Shown in pieces: positions 13,030 to 22,337 of a stretch of DNA of 52,531 nucleotides. Each line of letters starts with the position of its first letter. Position 1 is the first letter of the stretch. The translations under genes and the position numbers were made by a program. Origin of the DNA: Eubacteriales bacterium. Its GTDB lineage: Bacteria > Bacillota > Clostridia > Christensenellales > Aristaeellaceae. Where the stretch lies: contig JAQVQY010000001.1 of the NCBI GenBank assembly GCA_028701335.1, positions 1-52,531 on the forward strand, in the 5' to 3' direction. The notes under the pieces are model-generated. The model worked only from the letters and a program-made list of their open reading frames with translations, was not told the origin of the DNA and did no database searches.

Positions 13030-13789
13030 ACACGTCAACCTGACCTACAACCCCGGTACCGTGCGGGAGATGGGCCTGTTTCGCGATTTTTCCCTGGACG
13101 TGCCCCAAGGGCAGTACCTGAGCGTCGTAGGCTCTAATGGCTCGGGCAAAACCACCATGCTCAACCTCCTCTGCGGCAGCCTCATGCCGGATGAGGGCAA
13201 GGTCAGGATGATGGGGCAGGACATCACCGCCCGGAGCGAACATCTACGCGCACGGGAAATCGGCCGCATTCACCAAAACCCCGCCATGGGCAGCTGCGCC
13301 AAAATGAGCATCCTTGAGAACCTGGCGCTTTCCGACAGCAAGCAAAAGAAGATGAACCTGCTTCCCGCCGTTGACAAAAAGCAGGTCACCCGGTATCAGG
13401 AGATGCTTTCCCCCCTGGGCCTGGGGCTTGAGAACATGCTGGAAGCCCGCGCCGGCACCCTTTCGGGCGGCCAGCGCCAGGCCCTGGCGCTGATCATGGC
13501 AGTGATGACGCCCATCTCCTGCCTGATCCTGGATGAGCACACAGCCGCCCTGGACCCCAAGACCGCTGACACCATCATGCGCCTGACCGACAGCCTCATC
13601 CATGAGAAAGGCCTCACCGCCATCATGGTCACCCACAACCTACGCTATGCCCTGGACTACGGCAACCGCATCGTCATGATGCACCAGGGCCAGGTGGTGC
13701 TGGACGAAAGCGGAGAAGATAAACAGGCCCTGCGCCTGGAGAAGGTGCTGGGCCTGTTTAACGAAATCAGCGTGGAGTGCGGAAACTGA
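13016..13789 (+). CDS. ABC transporter ATP-binding protein
   Basis: Walker A GSNGSGKT, signature LSGGQRQ, Walker B LILDEHT and an H-loop VTHN. The RBS AAGGAGG lies 8 nt upstream. Confidence 0.93.
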   Translation: MLALEHVNLTYNPGTVREMGLFRDFSLDVPQGQYLSVVGSNGSGKTTMLNLLCGSLMPDEGKVRMMGQDITARSEHLRAREIGRIHQNPAMGSCAKMSILENLALSDSKQKKMNLLPAVDKKQVTRYQEMLSPLGLGLENMLEARAGTLSGGQRQALALIMAVMTPISCLILDEHTAALDPKTADTIMRLTDSLIHEKGLTAIMVTHNLRYALDYGNRIVMMHQGQVVLDESGEDKQALRLEKVLGLFNEISVECGN

Positions 13790-13790
13790 G

Positions 13791-15884
13791 TCAGGTGCTT
13801 ACCCGGACGCTTTGATGCCCTGTCAGCGCGGCTGTCCTGCTGTCCGGCTGACCCATCCCCACATAAAATACCGGCTTATCACCCGGCAAGGCTCTGCCCT
13901 CCTGGTCATATACCATCAGGCTCTGGTCATCCACCCGGAGCCTGATGGTTTTCTTTTCCCCGCCCTTGAGGCTCACACGCTCAAACGCGCACAGCCTGGG
14001 ATTTGGGGGGGCATTGGGGTTGCCGGGATGTTCGCAGTACACCTGGACCACGTCCTCCGTACCCCTGGAGGAGCGGTTCATGATATCCGCTGAAACAACA
14101 TAACCGCTCCCATCAGGATGGGCTTTGGCGGCGGCCACCCGGATATCGCCATAGGTGAGGCCATAGCCAAAGGGATAAAGCGGTTCTTCTTCCAGATAAC
14201 GGTAGGTTCTGGCGCGCATGCTGTAGTCCTCAAACGCGGGCAGGCGGTCCAGCTGGTGGTTATGATAGAAAGTAAGCGGCAGCTTGCCGGAGGGGGAGGT
14301 GTTCCCCAGCAGAATGTCCGCCACGGCCTTGCCGCCCCTTGCACCGGGATACCAGGTGAGAAGAACGGCGTTTGCCCGCTCCCCCGCCTGCTGAAGGTCG
14401 ATGGCGCTCCCGGCCATCAGGCAGATGACGGTTGGCTTGTTCACACTCATCACCGCGTCCATCAGCCTGATCTGGGATGCCGGGAGCAACAGGTTGGTCT
14501 TGTCTCCGGAGGCATCGGCGTTACCGGTGTCTCCTTCCTCGCCTTCCAGGGTTTCATCAAGCCCCACCGCCAGAACCACCGCGTCCGCGTGTTCTGCCAT
14601 GGCCACAGCTTCTTTCAGCCGGTCATCCTTAAGCGCCAATTTTTCCTCCCGGTCGCGCCATAGGTGGCAGCCCTGGGCATAAAGCACGCGCACCTCCTCA
14701 GGCAGTGCGTCCTGCAGGCCCTCCAGCAGGGTGATATAGCGGGAGGAAGTGCCATGATAGTTGCCGATAAGCGCCTGGTGGCTGTTGGCGTTGGGTCCAA
14801 TGACCGCCAACGTTTTGAGCCTCTGAGGGCTCAGGGGCAGGACGCCGTCGTTCTTCAGCAGCACACAGCTGCGTCGGCTGGCTTCCCCAGCCATTTTCAC
14901 GTGCTCGGCGCTTTCCACAACTGTCAGGGGGATACTGTCATATTCGGAACCATCAAACAAGCCAAGCAGGAACCGGGTTGTGTAAAGCCTTACGGCGGAG
15001 GTCCGGATTTCTTCCTCTGTTGCCAGACCTTCCTGATGGGCAATGAGCAGGTGGAGGTAGGTGTTCCCGCAGTTCAGGTCACATCCTGCTTTCAGCGCCA
15101 TGGCGGCCGATTCCTGGGCGGTGCGGGTTACCTTGTGGTGCTCATGGAAATCGCGGATGGCCCAGCAGTCGGATACGAAATGCCCCTCAAAGCCCCACTC
15201 GTCCCGCAAAATCTCCTGTATCAGCACAGGGCTGCCGCAGGCGGGCTCACCGTTGACGCGGTTGTAAGCGCCCATCACTGCCTCCACTTTTGCTTCTGTG
15301 ACCAGCGCCTTGAATGCCGGGAGATAGGTTTCCGCCATGTCCTTTGGGCTCGCAATGGCGTCAAATTCATGCCGCAGCGCCTCCGGGCCTGAATGCGCCG
15401 CGTAGTGCTTGGCGCAGGCAGCAGCCTTTAGCATTTCTCCATTGCCCTGAAGGCCCTGGACGAAGCTGACGCCCAGGGCGCTGGTCAAAAAGGGATCTTC
15501 CCCATAGGTTTCCTGACCGCGCCCCCAGCGGGGATCACGGAAAATGTTCACATTGGGTGACCAAAAGGTGAGTCCTTTGTAAATATCCCGGTCATTATGC
15601 ACGGAGGCGGCATTGTACTTGGCCCGCCCCTCGGCGGCGACAATTTCGCCCATTGCGCGGGTTAATTCCGGGTCAAAGCAGGCCGCCATGCCAATGGCCT
15701 GGGGGAAGCTGGTCGCTGTCCCCGCCCGCGCCACGCCATGCAGGCCCTCGTTCCACCAGTTGTAGGCGGGAATGCCCAGCCGGGGAATAGCGGGCGCGTC
15801 ATAGCGCAGCTGTGAAGCGGCCTCCTCCAGGGTCATCCGCCCCACAACTTCTTCCGCCTTTTGCCTGGCCTCATCCCGCCGCAT
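13791..15884 (-). CDS. glycoside hydrolase family 3 (beta-glucosidase/beta-xylosidase-like)
   Basis: Contains NWWNEGLHGV, KHYAAH, FVSDCWAI and GLDETLEGEEGD, plus a C-terminal FnIII-like domain. The start was moved to ATG 15884 (RBS GGAGGAG), because the track ORF extends into the upstream permease. Confidence 0.9.
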   Translation of the reverse strand: MRRDEARQKAEEVVGRMTLEEAASQLRYDAPAIPRLGIPAYNWWNEGLHGVARAGTATSFPQAIGMAACFDPELTRAMGEIVAAEGRAKYNAASVHNDRDIYKGLTFWSPNVNIFRDPRWGRGQETYGEDPFLTSALGVSFVQGLQGNGEMLKAAACAKHYAAHSGPEALRHEFDAIASPKDMAETYLPAFKALVTEAKVEAVMGAYNRVNGEPACGSPVLIQEILRDEWGFEGHFVSDCWAIRDFHEHHKVTRTAQESAAMALKAGCDLNCGNTYLHLLIAHQEGLATEEEIRTSAVRLYTTRFLLGLFDGSEYDSIPLTVVESAEHVKMAGEASRRSCVLLKNDGVLPLSPQRLKTLAVIGPNANSHQALIGNYHGTSSRYITLLEGLQDALPEEVRVLYAQGCHLWRDREEKLALKDDRLKEAVAMAEHADAVVLAVGLDETLEGEEGDTGNADASGDKTNLLLPASQIRLMDAVMSVNKPTVICLMAGSAIDLQQAGERANAVLLTWYPGARGGKAVADILLGNTSPSGKLPLTFYHNHQLDRLPAFEDYSMRARTYRYLEEEPLYPFGYGLTYGDIRVAAAKAHPDGSGYVVSADIMNRSSRGTEDVVQVYCEHPGNPNAPPNPRLCAFERVSLKGGEKKTIRLRVDDQSLMVYDQEGRALPGDKPVFYVGMGQPDSRTAALTGHQSVRVST

Positions 15885-15909
15885 GGCACTCTCCTCCCTG
15901 GACCGGGCA

Positions 15910-16758
15910 TTAACCCTTAACTGCGCCAAGCGCAACGCCCGCAATAATGTATTTGGACAATAGGAAATAGATGACAAACAGGGGCAGCACCGTAAGTGCC
16001 AGTCCCAGGTACACCGCGCCATACTCCGTGCGGTAGATATCTCCACGCAGCAGGCTCACCATGATGGGCAGGGTGTATTTGTCGTTGTCGGTCAAAAGGA
16101 TCAGCGGCAGGAAGAGGTTATTCCAGCTGGCCACAAAGATGAAAATGGCCTGGGTGGCCATGGCGGGCTTCATGACCGGCAGGACAATGCGGTTAAAGGT
16201 GCTCAGCTCGCCTGATCCATCGATCCTGGCCGAGTCCACCAACTCCAATTGAAGCGAGGCCATCATATACTGCCGCATGAAAAATACCGTGGCCGGGGAT
16301 GCGATGGCGGGCAGTATCAGCGCCAGGTGGTTGTTGGTCATCCCGATGCGGTACATAAACTGGTAGAATCCGATGCTGGTCACCTGGGCCGGAATCATCA
16401 TCACGGCCAGGATGACGGTGAAAAAAGCCTGCCGCAGTTTCCACGAGTAGGCGAACAGGGCATAGGCTGTCAAAGTGGAAAAATAGACCGCCAGGACGGT
16501 GGCCCCGGTGGAGATGATCACCGAGTTGTAGAAGCCCTTCAGGGGGTCAAAGGTTTTGCCGGTGAGGATCGCGTAGTTGCTGGCCAGATAGCTTGAGGGA
16601 ATCAGGGAAATGCCGCTTTGCTGGATTTCAAAGGTACTGCGGGTGGCGTTGATGAACATGATCACAAACGGAAACAGGCTAAGAACCGCCAGAAAAATGA
16701 GGAACGCGTAGATAAACAGGCGGTAAGCGGCGCGCCCGGCAGAACTGCTTCGCATCAT
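15910..16758 (-). CDS. carbohydrate ABC transporter permease (MalG-like)
   Basis: Six predicted TM segments and the EAA loop DSARIDGSGELSTFNRIVLPVMKP. Confidence 0.92.
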   Translation of the reverse strand: MMRSSSAGRAAYRLFIYAFLIFLAVLSLFPFVIMFINATRSTFEIQQSGISLIPSSYLASNYAILTGKTFDPLKGFYNSVIISTGATVLAVYFSTLTAYALFAYSWKLRQAFFTVILAVMMIPAQVTSIGFYQFMYRIGMTNNHLALILPAIASPATVFFMRQYMMASLQLELVDSARIDGSGELSTFNRIVLPVMKPAMATQAIFIFVASWNNLFLPLILLTDNDKYTLPIMVSLLRGDIYRTEYGAVYLGLALTVLPLFVIYFLLSKYIIAGVALGAVKG

Positions 16759-17747
16759 TTCCCGGCTCCTTTCCCCAGGTATTCGCCCCGCTTGATTTGC
16801 CGGGCAAGCTGGCGGGCTTCCCTCTTTTCCTGTGCCGCGCCCTTGTCGCGCATCAAAAGAAAAATGGCAATGGAAAAGATGACTATAATTGCAAATACAA
16901 TCATGCTGGCGGCGGCCGCGCGGTTGTAAAGATAGCTGCCGCTGAAAGCCTGGTTATAGATGAACAGGCTGGTGGTGAGCGTTGCGTTCCCGGGCTGGCC
17001 CAGGTTGAACAGCTTGGGAATATCAAACATATTCAGCCCGCCGATCATGCTGGTAATCAGCACAAACAGCAGGATAGTCCGCAGGTTGGGCAGTGTGATC
17101 AGGAAAAAAGTCTGCCAGTCATTTGCGCCGTCTATTTCCGCCGCCTCAAAGATTTCCGGGTTGATGCCCAAAACGCCCGAAACCAGGATGATCATGGTGT
17201 AGCCATACCACATCCAGAACTGGATGAACGCAATGATCAGCTGGGAGGCGGTTTTATCAGACAGGTAATAATAGGGCTGGGCAAGCGCGCCGGTTTTCAC
17301 CAGGATGTCATTGATCGGGCCCATGGGGTAGCCGAAGAGCACGTTAAAGAGGATTGCGATGGTGGCTGCCGTGATAATATTGGGCAGATAAAACACCACC
17401 TTGAAAAACCCCTTGCCCCTGATTTTGTTGCGGCTTGAGGTAATCCAGGCTGTCAGGAGCAAAGCCAGCAGGATCTGCGGAATGAAATTCATCAGCCAGA
17501 TCTTCAGCGTGTTTACCAGTGACAGCCTGAAAGAGGCGTTGTTCAGAATCAGCCTGAAATTCTGGAACGGATCCTCCAGGATGTTCATGCTGGTCTTGAG
17601 CAAGCCCTTCAGGTCCGTAAACCCAATGAACGCCGTATACAGCGTGGGATAGAGGGAAAAAATCAGGAAGGCCGCGACAAAGGGAATGCTGAAGATGTAG
17701 CCGTATTTCGCGTAACTGAGGCGCCGTTTCCGCTTCAAAAAACCCAC
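16755..17747 (-). CDS. carbohydrate ABC transporter permease (MalF-like)
   Basis: EAA loop EAAEIDGANDWQTFFLITLPNLR. GTG start. It overlaps the next permease by 4 nt. Confidence 0.92.
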   Translation of the reverse strand: MGFLKRKRRLSYAKYGYIFSIPFVAAFLIFSLYPTLYTAFIGFTDLKGLLKTSMNILEDPFQNFRLILNNASFRLSLVNTLKIWLMNFIPQILLALLLTAWITSSRNKIRGKGFFKVVFYLPNIITAATIAILFNVLFGYPMGPINDILVKTGALAQPYYYLSDKTASQLIIAFIQFWMWYGYTMIILVSGVLGINPEIFEAAEIDGANDWQTFFLITLPNLRTILLFVLITSMIGGLNMFDIPKLFNLGQPGNATLTTSLFIYNQAFSGSYLYNRAAAASMIVFAIIVIFSIAIFLLMRDKGAAQEKREARQLARQIKRGEYLGKGAGK

Positions 17748-17765
17748 TCCTTTACGGGATTGAAA

Positions 17766-17800
17766 CGCCGCGGAAACAGGCCCTCCCCATTTCCGCGGCG
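17766..17800 (-). terminator. intercistronic GC-rich hairpin after the binding-protein gene
   Basis: 11-bp arms CGCCGCGGAAA/TTTCCGCGGCG with a 13-nt loop, followed on the minus strand by TTTCAAT. This is the usual position of a partial terminator or stabiliser that raises binding-protein expression. Confidence 0.45.
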
Positions 17801-17813
17801 CGCTCAGGCAATG

Positions 17814-19148
17814 TTATTCCACGGTGACGTCCAGGTTGTCGGCGACATTCTGTTTGAACTGCGCGATCGCCTCATCCCGGCTGATCTGGCCGGAGGTGTA
17901 CATCCGGACGCTGTCGCGCCAGTAACGGTTGATGGTCTCGTCGTATTGGGTCAGGTTCTTGCCGTTGGCAAACTGGTTGGCGGGAACGAACACGTCAAAC
18001 ATGTTCTGGCCTCCCAGGAAAGGCAGTGAGCCGTCAGACTTGGCCATGACCACGCCGGAGGCCACGGTGTCCTTGGTGCCGCCTTCGCCCTCTAGGGTGC
18101 CGTTGGCCCAGTGGTACTGCAGGCCTGTCTCAGAGGTGTCCAGGGTGATCCAGTGGATGATTTTCCCAACGGCTTCCTTCTTGCCGCTGGCGGCGTTGGC
18201 AAGAAGCCAGGTGCCGCCCCAGAAGAAGCCGACCGGGGGCTCGCTCACGGCCCAGTCGCCGTAGGTGCCCTCACCGGGCGCGCTGCCGCCGGAGTTGCCG
18301 GCCATCACGTAGTTGATCAGCCATGCGGGGCCAAAGAAGCCGAAGATGCCCTTGGCGCCCTCGCCCTTCATGTCCGCGAACCAGGCGTCCGTCCAGTCCT
18401 GGGTGTCGTTGTAGAGGTCCTGCTCCCTGAGCTTCATGGAGATATCGATGAACTCCTCACGGTTGGGGTCGAAGTTCAGTTTCCCGTCAACCACCCAGCC
18501 GGCCTCGGAACTGTTCTCCACCGCGTGCCAGATATCCCCGTCACCGGAGACGATGCCGTAGCCTTTCTCTTTCAGCGCCTCGGCAGCCTCAAAGAATTTG
18601 TCCCAGCCGGGACCGATTTTTGCGCCGATCTCAGCCGGATCGTCGGTGCCGAACACTTCTTTGGCGATGGAACGGCGGTAGATGAAAGCGCCGCCGGTAG
18701 CCTGATAGCCAAGCGCTACCAGATCGCCCTCTGGGTTGGTGCCGATGTCAACGGTGTACTGGGCGATGTCGGCGGACGCCACTTCGGCTACGTCAATGCC
18801 CAGGTCTTTGTAGGTCGCAGCGAAGCTGAAGGCGTCGCCCTGTGTGTATTTCAGGACAAAAGCCGCTTCAGCGCAGTAGATGTCCGGCGCGTCCGCGCCG
18901 CCGGCCGCCAGGGCCTGGTCCAGCGCCGGCTGATAGGCGCCGTCAGTGGTGGCGATGATGGTGGTCTTTACATCGTACTTCGCGGCGAAATCAGGGTTGA
19001 ACTCCAGATACTTCTCAACCATCCTGGGCACTTCGTCTGTGAAAGACCAGAGGTTGATGGTCTGTTTCCCTTCAGCCGCCGCCGTAGTCAGGCCCAAGCC
19101 CAACAGAAGGGATACCGCAAGCAATAGGGACAGGGTCTTCTTCATCAT
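17814..19148 (-). CDS. extracellular solute-binding protein, CUT1 sugar ABC family
   Basis: Signal peptide MMKKTLSLLLAVSLLLGLGLTTAAAEG. The roughly 440-aa mature domain is typical of family 1 SBPs. ATG 19148 lies 6 nt after GGAGAG. The track ORF starts at TTG 19187. Confidence 0.9.
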   Translation of the reverse strand: MMKKTLSLLLAVSLLLGLGLTTAAAEGKQTINLWSFTDEVPRMVEKYLEFNPDFAAKYDVKTTIIATTDGAYQPALDQALAAGGADAPDIYCAEAAFVLKYTQGDAFSFAATYKDLGIDVAEVASADIAQYTVDIGTNPEGDLVALGYQATGGAFIYRRSIAKEVFGTDDPAEIGAKIGPGWDKFFEAAEALKEKGYGIVSGDGDIWHAVENSSEAGWVVDGKLNFDPNREEFIDISMKLREQDLYNDTQDWTDAWFADMKGEGAKGIFGFFGPAWLINYVMAGNSGGSAPGEGTYGDWAVSEPPVGFFWGGTWLLANAASGKKEAVGKIIHWITLDTSETGLQYHWANGTLEGEGGTKDTVASGVVMAKSDGSLPFLGGQNMFDVFVPANQFANGKNLTQYDETINRYWRDSVRMYTSGQISRDEAIAQFKQNVADNLDVTVE

Positions 19149-19247
19149 GTTCCACTCTCCATTCTTTATGTTGTTGTCGCGGTTCAAGGTAGCATCGCCG
19201 GGGCAGCGTGTGCAGGTTCATCTGTGTTGTCAGTAACTTCGATTTTT

Positions 19248-19291
19248 ATGGTAATTGTTGGCGCCGCGCTTGTCAATAGCGCGGCGGCCAA
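19248..19291 (-). promoter_or_regulatory. candidate promoter (TTGACA-17-TACCAT) with the -35 box embraced by a 13-bp GC-rich inverted repeat
   Basis: On the minus strand, TTGACA is at 19276-71 and TACCAT at 19253-48. The arms TTGGCGCCGCGCT (19258-70) and AGCGCGGCGGCCAA (19278-91) flank the -35. Confidence 0.4.
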
Positions 19292-19452
19292 ACACAAGCG
19301 AAAACTACGAAAACGATTTCCCTGAAAGGCTTGGCCGCGCATTTGAATACAGGAGCCTTGCTCATCCTTTGGCGCGTTGGTTTTGCGGGGCGTTGGCCTT
19401 ATGCTGAAGAAGGCGGGAATACTGCCGGAAAACTTGATACAGGGGCTCAAAA

Positions 19453-19906
19453 ATGGACATTTTGTTTTCGCTGAGGGATCTGCGGTTTTTGGATATCCTC
19501 TCCTATCCGGACATGGATTTCCCGGCCGGACGGCGTACCTTCCTGCGGGGGGAGAGCGGAAGCGGCAAAAGCGCCCTGCTGAGGCTCTTGAACGGCAGCC
19601 TCAGCCCGTCCGCCGGGCAGGTGTTTTATAAGGGACAGGACATCATGGGCCTGGACAGCCTTCAGCTCCGCCGGCAGGCTATCCCGGCGGGCTCAGGACG
19701 CCTATCTGTTCCCGGTCAGCATCCGGGAAAACTTCGCCCAGTACCGCTCTTTCCGGGATGAAAAACCCATCGGTGATGATGAAATCAGGCGGTATCTGAG
19801 CATTGGCGCGGCAGGCCTGCCCCGGGACGCGCGGACCGCCAGCCATTCCCGTGGCTTGTCGGACGCGTTTGCCGAGAGTGTCATCATTAAACGGGAAGGC
19901 GCGCGC
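19453..19906 (+). pseudogene. remnant of a YbbL/FetA-like ABC ATPase (frameshifted, no Walker B or H-loop)
   Basis: Walker A GESGSGKS is intact. A frameshift lies at 19683-19691, and the other frame continues AQDAYLFPVSIRENF (Q-loop). Only a degenerate signature region remains (HSRGLSDAFAESVIIK). The sequence then runs straight into the permease start at 19907. Confidence 0.7.
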
Positions 19907-20702
19907 ATGAACAGCGGCATTGTGCAGCTGCAGCTCTGGCTGTTTTCTTTTGTTTATCTGCTGCTGATTATTATCTCCCTGGCGATGAAAGAGAACAGGG
20001 TCAACCTGGTGCGCCGGCTGCTCATCGCCAGCCTGCGCATGAGCGTGCAGCTGGTGCTGGCCGGGCTGGTATTGACCTATGTGTTCGAAAACCCGCATCC
20101 GATTTTTGTTCTGCTCTACCTGGCCGTCATCATCGGCTTCTCCATCTACCGGGTCCTGAAGCAAAACAAGGGCTTGAACCGGCGCTTTAAAGCCGTGATC
20201 GCCCTGTCCATCCTGTTCTCGGGGCTGTCAGTGCTTTCGTTCTTCATCCTGGCGGTGGTGGGCGAAGGCATGTTTAACCCCCAGTACGTCATCCCCATCG
20301 CCGGCATGCTCATGGGCAATGCCATGACCGGCGTGGGCCTGGGCATCCGGTCCTTTAGAGCCAGCATAGAAGACCAGCGCCCCCCGGATGCTGGCCCTCA
20401 TCAATATCGGCGCCTCTCCCCGGAACATCCTGCTGCCTTTTGTGCGCCAGGCCATGGAGACGGCCCTGCTGCCTACTCTAAACTCCATGATGGGCAAGGG
20501 CATCGTGTCCCTCCCCGGCATGATGACAGGCCAGATCCTCTCCGGCACCCTGCCCATGACCGCCATCCTCTACCAGATCGCCATCATGATCGCCATTTGC
20601 GCTGTCGTCTGCCTGGCTTCCTTTGGATCGCTGCACTTTGGCTATCAAACCCTCTACAACGGCCGGAACCAGATCACCCCCGAAGAAAACAGGCCTTTGT
20701 GA
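19907..20702 (+). pseudogene. YbbM/FetB-like (UPF0014) permease with frameshift in a C6 tract
   Basis: The N-terminal 160 aa (MNSGIVQLQLWLF...RSFRASIEDQR) and the C-terminal ORF 20388-20702 (MLALINIGASP...GIVSLPGMMTGQIL...YQIAIM) are the two halves of one family protein. The frames change at CCCCCC 20380-85. Confidence 0.75.
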
Positions 20703-20758
20703 GCATATAAATTAACCGGCCATGCCGCAGACTCCGGGCAGCGCTGAAAGGCGCTGTA

Positions 20759-21832
20759 TTATTCAACTGGTTCCGTTTCCGGCTCAGGAGCCGGCACAAA
20801 GGGCTGCAAGGCTCCAACGCCCTCCACATAAGGGGCCAGTTCAAAGGGTGTATCCCGCTGGGCCAGTTCGATGACGGCCCGGGCGGCGTCTCCCCTTAAA
20901 ATAACGGGCTGGTAGTTGTTGTAGTCGGCAGTGCCTGAAGGGCTGACGGGGATCAGGTTGACCTGGTGGCCCAGATAGCCTTCCTCCCGGCTGAACCTGA
21001 GGGTCACCTGGGCCAGGAGCGCCTGGGTGGCGCGCAGCTGGGCGTTGCCGCCAAAGGAAAAATTGCCCAGGGAATAGACGACCGAGACGCCGCCTATGAT
21101 GTCCATCCCCTGCACCACGTGCGGATGGTGCCCCACCACCACGGAAGCGCCGTTTTCCACATACCATTTGGCCAGGCGCTCCTGGCTCTTCACGCGGACG
21201 GGGCTGTATTCCGCGCCCGCGTGCATCACCGCCACGATGGCGTCGCACCCTGCGTCCTTAAGGGTTTGCAGGTCCTTCACCATCTGGTCCCTGAAGCCGC
21301 CGAAGGTGGCGTTGTAGGCGCCGGTGAAACCCACCTTAAAACCCCCTTTCTCAAGTATCCAGGTGTTGGAGAGCATGTTGGTGGCGGCGAACCAGGGCAC
21401 GCTTACTTCCTCAAGCGCCGCAATGGTGCTCCTGAAGCCCTGGATACCGTAGTCAATGATATGGTTGTTTCCCACAAACACCGCTTCCACGCTGCCTGCC
21501 GGCAGGATCCGGGCAAAATCAGTGGGGCCCCGGAAATTATAGGTTTTCTCAGCCCGGTTAGCGGAATGGTTGTAGAATACGCCCTCCAGGTTGATGACCG
21601 TCACATCATCCCCGGCAAAAATGGACTGCACCTTTTTGAAGGGATAATCATAACCCCTGGCGGCGATAAAGCTGTCAAAAGAAAGCAGGTTCCTCCGGAT
21701 GTGTTCCTCGCTGCCCAGGGTTGAGTCCCCCGCCAGGGTGACCACAACCTCCACCACATCCCCACCCGCCTTCGCGGGCAAACAGGATAAGGCAATCAGG
21801 CAAACAAGCGCCATGGCCAGGGTTCTTCGCAT
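20759..21832 (-). CDS. CapA-family (PGA_cap) metallophosphatase-like exported protein
   Basis: Contains FVGNNHIIDYG, VAVMHAGAEYS and VVGHHPHVVQG, plus the signal peptide MRRTLAMALVCLIALSCLPAKAGG. ATG 21832 (RBS GGAGA) is preferred over ATG 21865. Confidence 0.83.
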   Translation of the reverse strand: MRRTLAMALVCLIALSCLPAKAGGDVVEVVVTLAGDSTLGSEEHIRRNLLSFDSFIAARGYDYPFKKVQSIFAGDDVTVINLEGVFYNHSANRAEKTYNFRGPTDFARILPAGSVEAVFVGNNHIIDYGIQGFRSTIAALEEVSVPWFAATNMLSNTWILEKGGFKVGFTGAYNATFGGFRDQMVKDLQTLKDAGCDAIVAVMHAGAEYSPVRVKSQERLAKWYVENGASVVVGHHPHVVQGMDIIGGVSVVYSLGNFSFGGNAQLRATQALLAQVTLRFSREEGYLGHQVNLIPVSPSGTADYNNYQPVILRGDAARAVIELAQRDTPFELAPYVEGVGALQPFVPAPEPETEPVE

Positions 21833-21967
21833 TTCGTCTCCAATCACAAGCGATTTTACGGGCATCTTAGCAAACCGCCTGTTGCCATGTCAAACAGCAG
21901 CGCCTTGTATTCTTTGGGGCAGTGCCCTACAATGCCGGGACGGAAGTATACAAAAAAGGAGCGCAGG

Positions 21968-22318
21968 ATGAAAAGAACGGCAACAATCGCACTGGTCCTG
22001 CTGCTGGCCATCTCCACCGCGCTGGCGGCAGGGGGAAGCCTCAGCATCACCTCCAGCCAAAGCCTGGACAGCCAGTTCGGGGCATTCAGGGAATATCTGG
22101 ACGAACTGCCCCGGAATGAACATGACCTTTGGCTGGCGGAACTGGCCTTAATCTGCCGGGAACAGCAGGAAGATACCACCTTGCAGGTATGGATTCCCGA
22201 ATCAGGGAAAAGGTTCCACAAACACGCCGAATGCTCCGGCATGAAAAATCCGCGGCAGGTCCCCCGGCAGGAGGCTGTCAGCCTGGGCCTTGAGCCCTGC
22301 AAGCGCTGCAAGCCGTGA
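21968..22318 (+). CDS. small secreted protein with C-terminal His/Cys motif (hypothetical)
   Basis: The RBS AAAGGAG precedes ATG 21968. The signal peptide is MKRTATIALVLLLAISTALAAGG. The C-terminus is GKRFHKHAECSGMKN...GLEPCKRCKP. Confidence 0.65.
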   Translation: MKRTATIALVLLLAISTALAAGGSLSITSSQSLDSQFGAFREYLDELPRNEHDLWLAELALICREQQEDTTLQVWIPESGKRFHKHAECSGMKNPRQVPRQEAVSLGLEPCKRCKP

Positions 22319-22337
22319 TGCGCTTGGGAGGCGGGCC

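Noticed and set aside
15885-16046. 5' extensions of several track ORFs. These include GH3 to 16046, mazG to 4583, the kinase from 29943, the FAD protein from 22290, the half-size ChrA to 40431 and the PG-binding protein to 51614.
   Set aside because: Each extension overlaps the neighbouring gene or a pseudogene. Each has an internal start with a proper RBS that yields the family-typical N-terminus.
20380-20385. The C6 tract as a programmed frameshift or phase-variation switch for the FetB-like permease.
   Set aside because: The tract is short, and the partner ATPase is irreversibly truncated. A reversible switch would therefore have nothing functional to control.
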